In this document: piece by piece, positions 24,994 to 32,600 of the stretch
Layout: each line of letters starts with the position of its first letter
Numbering within the stretch: position 1 is the first letter of the stretch
IMG/VR virus record: IMGVR_UViG_3300014312_000012
Coordinates: 1-33,516 of that record
Direction: 5' to 3' (one strand)
Source of the DNA: a virus
Lineage: Duplodnaviria > Caudoviricetes
DNA: 33,516 nt
Made by a program: the position numbers and the translations under genes
The notes under the pieces: model-generated
Database searches by the model: none
What the model was told of the DNA's origin: nothing
What the model saw: only the letters and a program-made list of their open reading frames with translations

Positions 24994-25527
24994 CTACTTT
25001 TGGGCGAGCCGTCGCTTGACGGCTTCGCGGGTTTCGAGGCCTTCGAGCCACCACTTCATCCGCTGCCGAGCCGGGTAGAGCGTGCCCATTTCCTTCCGCT
25101 GGGCATCGATGTCGCCGGCGTAGCTGTAGTCGCCGTTGACGAGGTACTTCTCGACGCGCTCCTGCTGCTTCGGCACGAGGATCGACACCGCGACGCCCAG
25201 CAGCTCGCGGACCTCGAGCATGTGCCCAGGCACGGGCACGGTCGTCGGCGTCGCGTCGCTGTACTCTTCGACGGGGACCATCACCCTTTGCCGCTCGAGC
25301 TTGCCGCCGATGCACTCCTTCATCGCCGAGGCGGTTTTCTTCTTGATCGTCCACGTCACGAGCTTCATGTCAGTCCCCGGGCCGAGCAGGCCTTGCCGGA
25401 TGATGATGAGCACGGTCGTTTGTGCGATGTCCTCGGGGTCGAGCCATACCGGCAGGCGGTCCCAATACTTCATCGCTCGCCGGCGACACCGCTCGTAGAG
25501 CTCTTCGGCTGGGATGCAGAACTCCAT
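24994..25527 (-). CDS. sigma-70/ECF-like transcription factor
   Basis: Region-2-like LPVWLDPEDIAQTTVL and region-4-like LVPKQQERV...MGTLYPARQRMK. 177 aa with GGAG SD. Confidence 0.6.
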   Translation of the reverse strand: MEFCIPAEELYERCRRRAMKYWDRLPVWLDPEDIAQTTVLIIIRQGLLGPGTDMKLVTWTIKKKTASAMKECIGGKLERQRVMVPVEEYSDATPTTVPVPGHMLEVRELLGVAVSILVPKQQERVEKYLVNGDYSYAGDIDAQRKEMGTLYPARQRMKWWLEGLETREAVKRRLAQK

Positions 25528-25537
25528 GACCTACTCC

Positions 25538-25572
25538 AAAAAAAAGGCGAGCAGCGTGAGCCGCCCGCCTTT
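25538..25572 (-). terminator. strong intrinsic terminator
   Basis: AAAGGCGGGCGGC-TCAC-GCTGCTCGCC followed by 8 T. Confidence 0.8.
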
Positions 25573-25588
25573 GGGGTCGGGGGGATGG

Positions 25589-26332
25589 TTACGGCTGCGG
25601 GGCCGGGTCGGCTGGCGGGGTGACGCCGCTGCCGAGGATGCCTTCGAGCTCATCGCCCAGGGCCTCGACGGCCGTGCCGATGCCGCTGATCGCGTCGGTG
25701 AGCGCCTTGAGCTGCTCGGGCGTGATGCCGGAGCCGCCGGTCGGCGTGGGCTTGTCGACGAGCGTTTTGAGATGCGCCTCGATCTGCGTGAGTAGGGCCG
25801 TCTGAGCCGGGTCGGCCGTCGCTTGGACGGTGATGCCCTCGGCGAGCAGCTTGTCGAGCTGCTGGGCGATGTGGTGCTGGATCACCCATCGGGCGTACAT
25901 GCTGTCGGCGAGCGTGCTGGTCTGCCCTTGAGCCGGCGGGGCCGGGAGCTCCTGAGCTGCGGCCGACGTGAGCACGAGCCATCCGCGGGGGTCCCAGGCC
26001 TGCCGGTAGCTGCCCTCGGCCGGTGGGTTCGCCGGCGACGCGCCGTACTGCGAGCCGTAGAAGTATTGCCACGAGCTCACCGCCTCGGCGCTGGTCGTGT
26101 TGAACGCCGCCGAGGCCTCGGCCCGGGGATCGATGGGGATGCCCTGCGACCACGAGCCCGGGAGCGGCAAGTCACGGGCCGACGTGTACGACGTCGTCGC
26201 CCAGGCGGGCGGGGCGAGCTGCTGAGCTGGGGCAGGCGGGACCGCCGAGGATGGCGGGGCCGGCAGGTGCAGCAGGGAGAAAAAGGCAAGGATCGCCAGG
26301 ACGGCGAACCACGGGGCGCGGCGAGACTTCAT
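25589..26332 (-). CDS. exported protein with Sec signal peptide
   Basis: MKSRRAPWFAVLAILAFFSLLHLPAPPSSA has basic n-region, hydrophobic h-region and a possible cleavage site. Amphipathic helical C-terminus. Confidence 0.65.
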   Translation of the reverse strand: MKSRRAPWFAVLAILAFFSLLHLPAPPSSAVPPAPAQQLAPPAWATTSYTSARDLPLPGSWSQGIPIDPRAEASAAFNTTSAEAVSSWQYFYGSQYGASPANPPAEGSYRQAWDPRGWLVLTSAAAQELPAPPAQGQTSTLADSMYARWVIQHHIAQQLDKLLAEGITVQATADPAQTALLTQIEAHLKTLVDKPTPTGGSGITPEQLKALTDAISGIGTAVEALGDELEGILGSGVTPPADPAPQP

Positions 26333-26354
26333 CGGTGTACTCCGGGGCGGTGTT

Positions 26355-26708
26355 TTACTGCTTGTTCTCGGCGACCTGTTCGTCGAGCCGTTGCAGCGTG
26401 TTCTCGAACTTGTTGATCGCGGCGCGGAACTCCGACCGCATCGCTTCCTCTCGGGCGTGGTGAAGCTGGCGGTCGCTTTCGAGGATTTCCCTGAACTCGA
26501 CGCGCTGCTCGCGGTTGATCCGCTCGAACGCGGTGAGCTGGGCCTCGTTCGTGATTTTGTGCTGGGTCATGATGTCGGGGATCGTCTTGGTCGTGACGTG
26601 ACGCACGAGCCAGATGACGAGGCCGAAGGCCGTGCCGCCGAGCCCGAGCTCGAGCAGGCGGGGCAGGGTCCACGGGTCGGATGCTTGGGCGATGAGCTGG
26701 TAAATCAT
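26355..26708 (-). CDS. single-TM plus coiled-coil membrane protein (holin-like)
   Basis: LLELGLGGTAFGLVIWLV transmembrane segment followed by a charged coiled coil. Confidence 0.6.
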   Translation of the reverse strand: MIYQLIAQASDPWTLPRLLELGLGGTAFGLVIWLVRHVTTKTIPDIMTQHKITNEAQLTAFERINREQRVEFREILESDRQLHHAREEAMRSEFRAAINKFENTLQRLDEQVAENKQ

Positions 26709-26712
26709 GAGT

Positions 26713-27009
26713 CTACTCGCGTTCGTAGCCCAGCTTGGAAGCGATGTTTCGCTCCTGCTGGCGTGTTTCGATGATGGGTTTGCCGGCCGGTGTGCATTTT
26801 ACGCCCTCGATGTTCCTCGGGAGCCTGTTGCTGATGTAGGGCTTCCAGTTGTCGCCCTGAACGTGCGGGGTGCTCATGATCCGCGTCGCCTTGACCTGCT
26901 TGCCCTCGCTGTTGGTGACGGTGTGAACGCTGCCCAGCTTGGGCGCGTTGCTCATCGGGAACGAGGCCTCGATGACCTCGCCGTCGTCGCTCATGAACTC
27001 GTAGATCAT
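26713..27009 (-). CDS. FmdB-like zinc-ribbon homologue lacking the Cys pairs
   Basis: MIYEFMSDDGEVIE...ATRIMSTP follows the 'M.YEy.C..CG..fE...RiiS.p' template. ATGA-coupled after the portal. Confidence 0.6.
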   Translation of the reverse strand: MIYEFMSDDGEVIEASFPMSNAPKLGSVHTVTNSEGKQVKATRIMSTPHVQGDNWKPYISNRLPRNIEGVKCTPAGKPIIETRQQERNIASKLGYERE

Positions 27010-28832
27010 CGCCGACCGCCTCCCGCGCCGGCGAGCTGGGGCTGCTGCTGAGGCCTCGGCCCGCTGGCCTGCCCGAGCTGGTTGATCGAGTTGCCGGCCT
27101 GCGGGCTCTGGAAGGCCTGCGCGGCCTGTGGAGCCCCTGCCGTGCCGTTGGCGAGCCCGAGCCGGGCGAAGGGCCGCCCAGGGCTTGCCCCGCCCTGTCC
27201 GGGCTGTGGGGGCGGCTGGCCGGGGCCGGTGAGCATCGACGCGGGGAGCTGCTCGGGCTGGCTGAACGCACCGAAGAGCTCGGGGATCATCCATTCCTCG
27301 CTCTTGCCTTCGAGCTCGAACACCGCCTCGATGTCGCGGAGCACGTTCATCACGCGAATCCAGGGCATCATCGGGGCCGATTGCGCGATCTGATAGAAAA
27401 TCCCGAAGAATTGAAGCATGTTGTCCCGGCTCTGGACCTGCTTCTGCATCGAGTTGATGACGACGTCGAGCTTGAAGTCGTGCCACGTCGCGCCGGCATC
27501 GGTCGGGAACGGCCCGCCGAAGAACATGCCTTCGAGCAGCTCGCCGGTGTAGGCGTCGCGCCGGTTGACCGGGATGATGACGCCCTCGGTGTGGAAGAGA
27601 TACCAACCGATCTTCGTGAGGCTCTTCTCGGTGGCGACGACGACCTTGCGCTTGAGGTAATCGACGCGGGCGCTGAGGTGGGCGTCGGCGATGCTCGCCT
27701 CGGTCGCGGTGTCGGCCGAGCCGACGTTGCCCTGCACGGTCGCCGTGAGGCCGCTGATCCGGTCGAGCCGGTTCCTGATGTACTCGGTGAATTGGTATTG
27801 CTCCTTCGTCACGCCGCCGACCTCGGCCTTGACGAAGTTGCCCGTGATCCCGCGGACGAGCAGGAACTCGCCATCCTCGGCCCGCTGTAGCTTGTTGGCG
27901 AGGTCCGGGTTGTTGCCTTCGACGAGGCCGATGCTCTTGCGTCGAGCTGCGGCTTCGCCCATCGTGCGGGCGTGCTCGTTGAGGTCGTCGTTTTGGTCCT
28001 TGACCGCGATGAGCGGGGACAGGGGCCAGCACTCATCGGGGACCGGGTAGGCGTCGTAGAGCGTGTACGGGCCGGTGTCGGGCCCGTAGAACGGCCGCTC
28101 GGGGTAGAGCTCGACGTCCTTGCTCACGTCGCACAAGACGCGCAGCGTGTTCCTCGACCGAATCCAGACGTTGTAGCAGCGAACGCGCCGCCGGCCGACG
28201 TCCGAGCCGTCGGGCTTCTTGAAGGCCTCGGTCTTGCTCTGTAGCGGGCTGTCGCCCTCGCTCGGGGCGATGATGGCCCGGGCCTCTTCGGTGAGCTCGG
28301 GGTCGTTCTGTAGGTCCTCGACGTCGCGGTAGTAGTAGTGGCCCATGAACTCGGCCTCTTCGGGCGAGCTCGCCAGGGCGTCGATGAAGAACTTGGCCGG
28401 GCTGATGCGTCGCACCTTCGGCGTGACGGAGCCGCGGCCCTGCCGGGTTTCCTCTTCGATGCGGTGCAAGAGCACGCCGCGCGAGAACATAAAATCCAAG
28501 TGAACGCGCTCGGTGACGGCCCCGTAGTCGATGTCCTCGACGACCGCGTTGATCCCGTCGGTCATGGCCTGAGCGATCTGCTGATGCCCGATCACCCGCG
28601 CCGCCTTGCATTTGACGGTCGGGTTCTGGAAGCCCAGCGTCGGGAGCATGTTGCTCACATAGGCGTAGGCGAAGTTTTCGGGGTCGCTCTCTTCGGCCTT
28701 GATCGAGCTGTCGTACCATCGCGACGTCATCCGCCGAACGAGGTCCATCGCGTGCGTCGTCCTCTGGCTGGTGAGCTCGATGGCCTTCTCGATCTCGCTC
28801 CAAAGGTCCTTCGTTGAAGGGTTGTAGGGCAT
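27006..28832 (-). CDS. portal protein (P22-like)
   Basis: 608 aa. PENFAYAYV, VRRISPAKFFIDA, RISGLTATVQG and TATEASI motifs, with a Q/P/G-rich tail. AGGAG SD. Confidence 0.85.
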   Translation of the reverse strand: MPYNPSTKDLWSEIEKAIELTSQRTTHAMDLVRRMTSRWYDSSIKAEESDPENFAYAYVSNMLPTLGFQNPTVKCKAARVIGHQQIAQAMTDGINAVVEDIDYGAVTERVHLDFMFSRGVLLHRIEEETRQGRGSVTPKVRRISPAKFFIDALASSPEEAEFMGHYYYRDVEDLQNDPELTEEARAIIAPSEGDSPLQSKTEAFKKPDGSDVGRRRVRCYNVWIRSRNTLRVLCDVSKDVELYPERPFYGPDTGPYTLYDAYPVPDECWPLSPLIAVKDQNDDLNEHARTMGEAAARRKSIGLVEGNNPDLANKLQRAEDGEFLLVRGITGNFVKAEVGGVTKEQYQFTEYIRNRLDRISGLTATVQGNVGSADTATEASIADAHLSARVDYLKRKVVVATEKSLTKIGWYLFHTEGVIIPVNRRDAYTGELLEGMFFGGPFPTDAGATWHDFKLDVVINSMQKQVQSRDNMLQFFGIFYQIAQSAPMMPWIRVMNVLRDIEAVFELEGKSEEWMIPELFGAFSQPEQLPASMLTGPGQPPPQPGQGGASPGRPFARLGLANGTAGAPQAAQAFQSPQAGNSINQLGQASGPRPQQQPQLAGAGGGRR

Positions 28833-28851
28833 AGGGGGCTCCTTGAAAGCG

Positions 28852-28877
28852 TCGCCGGCGGGTTCCCCCGCTGGCGA
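28852..28877 (-). terminator. GNRA-loop hairpin upstream of the portal SD
   Basis: TCGCCAGCGGG-GGAA-CCCGCCGGCGA then CGCTTT; weak U tract. Confidence 0.4.
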
Positions 28878-28897
28878 GCCAATTCGATCCGGTTCAT

Positions 28898-29104
28898 TCA
28901 GGCCGAGCCGTCGGCGGCTTTACGGGCCTGCTCGACGATGTCATCGACCTCGGCGTCGCTCTCACGAGCTTCGCGTTCGATCTGCTCACGCTGCTCGGCG
29001 GTGAGCTGGCCGTCGTTCTGCATTTGATCGAGTCGGCGGTTGATCGCCTTCCCCACTTCGTAGGCTCCACGCAGGGCGAGGATCAGGGCTTGTAGCTCCG
29101 TCAT
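28898..29104 (-). CDS. small helical hypothetical protein (possible lysis accessory)
   Basis: 68 aa with GGAG upstream; overlaps the upstream ORF by 119 nt. Confidence 0.6.
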   Translation of the reverse strand: MTELQALILALRGAYEVGKAINRRLDQMQNDGQLTAEQREQIEREARESDAEVDDIVEQARKAADGSA

Positions 29105-29603
29105 GGCTGATAGGCTCCGGTACTGCCAGCTCTGTGAGTAATGCCTCGATCCGGTCGATCAGGGCGTCGAAGCTGTCAGGCTGGTCGATGACGAGCTTCG
29201 CTTCGGCCAGCAACGCGCGGGCCGCTTGAAGTTTTCGGCCGATCTCGACGACGCGGAGCGCGGTGTCGCGGTCGTTGAGGTCCGCGGTGCGTGCCCAGGC
29301 GAGGTACGTCCTGTTGGCGGCGGTGAGGTCGGCCCGTGCGTTGTACCAAACGTCCTCGGCCGTCTGCTTGTTGAGCGAGCCGGTCGCCGTGCATCCGCCC
29401 AGGAAGAGCAGCACGCCGAGCAGGATGATCGGGGCCTTCTTCGAGGCCTCGGTCGTGACGCCTTGCCGGATGAACATGCCGAGCAGGGCGGTGAGCACGG
29501 CCTGAGCTGCGGGCTCGAGCGCGAGCTCGCCGGCGAGGTAGGCCCCGACGACGGTGACGATGGCGACGATGCCCGTGATGTAGGTTTTCTTGCCTTTGAG
29601 CAT
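28986..29603 (-). CDS. holin-like 2-TM domain fused to a lipobox-bearing helical domain
   Basis: MLKGKKTYITGIVAIV...LLGMFIRQGV (small GKKTY-type holin-like), then KKAPIILLGVLLFLGG-C (lipobox) and a helical domain. Confidence 0.65.
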   Translation of the reverse strand: MLKGKKTYITGIVAIVTVVGAYLAGELALEPAAQAVLTALLGMFIRQGVTTEASKKAPIILLGVLLFLGGCTATGSLNKQTAEDVWYNARADLTAANRTYLAWARTADLNDRDTALRVVEIGRKLQAARALLAEAKLVIDQPDSFDALIDRIEALLTELAVPEPISHDGATSPDPRPAWSLRSGEGDQPPTRSNAERRPAHRRAA

Positions 29604-29609
29604 GGGTAG

Positions 29610-32600
29610 CTACTCCTGTTGTTGGCGGTACTGTCGGCTCACGATCCGAGTTTCCTGAGCCCTCTGAACGATGCGATCATAGACGTCATCGACGCGCTGC
29701 TCGAACTCGTCGGCGGGAATCTCGCCCCGCTGGCGGTAGAGCTGTCGGAGCTCGCTGAATCCGGCGGTGATGTCCGACCGGGCCGAGCTGTAGGTGCTCC
29801 AAAGGTCGAGCTCGATGGCGTGAGCTTGGACGTAGGCCTCGTAGCGGGCCGGTTGATCTTCGAGCGCCTTCGCCCCGCGGCTCACCCGTTGCAGCTCTTC
29901 GTAGTCGTTGAAGAACCGCGTGACGGCCTCGTGCCCTGCCCGAGTCTCGCCGGCGACGAAGCGCCGCACGATGAGGTAATCGCTGAACTCGACGGGCTCG
30001 GCCTGCTTGACGTAGTCGGGCCACGCGAGGCCTACCATCGGGTCGATGAGTGTCTCGGTGACGTCCTTGCCGAGCCCGCCGGTGAAGCCCTGAATCAAGT
30101 AATCGATCTTCCCGGGCGGGTAGTCGAGGAAGTCGCCCAGGGCCCGGGCCGTCGTCGAGCTGCGGGCCGCGCCCTGCATCGCGTACGGCAGGTCCTTGTC
30201 GGCCCCGCTGATGATCTCGGAGTCGCGCCAGAACGAGTAGCCCTGTTCGCCGGCGTTGACCTCGTAGATCGGCAGGATGCCCGCGAAGTTGATCGCCGGC
30301 CTGAACTCGTTGACGAGCGCCATGCCGAGGCCTCGGAAGGCCCGGTCGTCGCCCCGCTCGCCTGTCTCGGGGTCGAGGCCGAGCTGCGACGCCCAGGCCC
30401 GCTCGAACGCGACGGAGAAGGCCCCGAGGCCGTAGGGCTTGGGGATTTTGAGGTAGGTCTGCCGGCCGTCGTCGGTCCTGCCCGTCGGGAAGTACCAATA
30501 GCGGTCGCGCATCCCGAGCGGCTTGGCCCAATAGTCCTCGTTGTCCCAATTCAGCAGCATCGAGAGCATCGACGGCACGATGGTCAACGCGACGATCCGG
30601 CCGAAGGCCTTGACCGGGTTCTTCTTGATGTAGCGGCCGAGCTTGTCCGTGCCCAGCATCGCCGCATTGAAGAACACGACGATCTCGTTGATCTGCTTCG
30701 ACCACGTCCCGCCGCGCTGGAAGTCGAGCGTGATGTCGGCCGCTGCCTGCCCCGCGGTGGCGACGGCCTCGGCCTGCCCCTTGCCCGCTTCGAGCTGCTG
30801 CTGATAGACGGCCGCGAACTCGCCCATACGCACGGCCCGCTCCATCGCTCCGTTGAGCCGGCTGATCGGGCCCAGCTTGGCGAGGTCCTTCGCAATCCTG
30901 CCGGCGGTGTCGCCCTTGATGAAGCCGTAGCGGTTCTTCTCGAACATGCCCTCGAAGTCGATGCGCTTGCTCTTGGGGTCGTAGAACTCGTGGAAGATGC
31001 CGCTCATGTCGGCCCCCGACGCGAGGAAGAGCGTTTCGATGTCGCCGCCGATGAACGCCGCCTTGATGCCCTCCATCCGTGCCCGGGCCTGAGCCGGCAG
31101 GTTGCGGAGCTCGGTGTCGGTCATGGTGAGCGCCTGCATCACGTCCCGCATGAGGTTCGCCGCTGCGAAGCTCGGGTTGAGCTGCGTCGCCCCGGCGCGG
31201 AGCACGCGCGACGGCAGGCCGAAGAAGCGGAGCGCCGCGTGAGCTGCCGGCGAGCTGCCCAGGCCTTCGAGCAGGTCGAAGAGCCGGGCGTCCTTGACCT
31301 CGTAGAACTGCGGCTTGCCCCCGACGAGCACGCTGATCTCCATGTTCTCGCGGTCGGTGCGGTTGCCGGGCGACCAAAACGTCGCCGCCTGCATGTCGCG
31401 GAGCGCGTTGAGTAGGGCCTGCTGCTGGGCCTCGTCCATCGCCTCGATGTACGGCGGCAGGGCTTGGAGCGTCGCACCGCCGAGGTCGATCTCGGTGATG
31501 CCGAGCTGCTTCATGATCTCCTGACTGAGCTGCTCGCCGGTGAGCCTCGTGCCCTCCATCGGCCTGTCGATCTTGTTGAGCCATCGGCCCGAGCCGGCCG
31601 TGCCGGTCGAGTAGATGCGTGTCACGCTGCGGCCGACCTCGTTGAGCCGGGCGCGGCTCATGACGCCCTGCATCGACGCCATGAACGAATCGATAGGCGG
31701 GTAAATCTGCTCGCCCTTGCCTTCGCGGAAGCGCCTGATCCCCGTGCCGGTGTTCACGAAGCCCGACGAGCTGCTCTTGAGGTTGAAGGCCTTGAGCGTC
31801 GCGTCCTCGGTTTTCTTCGCCCTGAACGTGATGTAGTGGGCGTTGGCCGCGATGATCGCGTCGGCCGATTCCTGCGTGATGAGCCCGTAGTGAACGGCGT
31901 AGTCGCCGATGAGCCACTCGTTGAACTGCTGGAATTGTGCCGCGACCGTGCCCGGGTCCTCGGTGGGGACCTCGATCTCGGTCCCGGTGGCCTCGTCGAC
32001 CTGAATCTCGACCGGGCCCCGCTTCTTGAAGAAGTCGCCGAATTGCGGGTACTCCTGCTCGACGCGCTTGATGTACTGCACGATCTTCGCGTTCGTGCTC
32101 ATGTCGGGGAGCCGCGGGTCCTGCGGGAACACGTTGTAGCCCTGAGCTCGCTTCTCGAGCACGCGACGGGCGACCATGTAGTTCTCCCAAACGCGACGGT
32201 TGTACCTCACGGGCTCCATGAGCTCGTTGAAGCTGGGCCCGATCTTGGTGCGCTTCGGGTCGGCCGGGTCGAATTGGCCGTACTCGAGCGCGATCTTCGT
32301 GTCGCCGCTGATGTGGCCGTTGGCCCGGAGCGCGAGCGTGTGCGGATCGACGTGGGCCGGCAGGTCGTTGAGCCCGAGGTCCCGCTTCATCGTCTGCAAG
32401 CGGTGCATCCGGTCGAACATGCGAATCCTCACGTCATCCCATAGGGCGGTGAGGTTCGGGAAGCGCGGGTTGTCGTTGCGGGCGATGTACTGATCGATGG
32501 GATCGACCTCGGCGAAGCGGATCGCGTTGCGGAGCCGGAGCCGAGCGTCGAGCAGGACCGCCCAGGTTTCGGGGTGCTCGGTCTTGAGCTTCATCGTCAC

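Noticed and set aside
11925-31415. Long plus-strand ORFs (11925-13625, 14197-15417, 18730-20436, 21405-22988, 29619-31415 and others)
   Set aside because: Antisense shadows of GC3-biased minus-strand genes, with no recognisable motifs.
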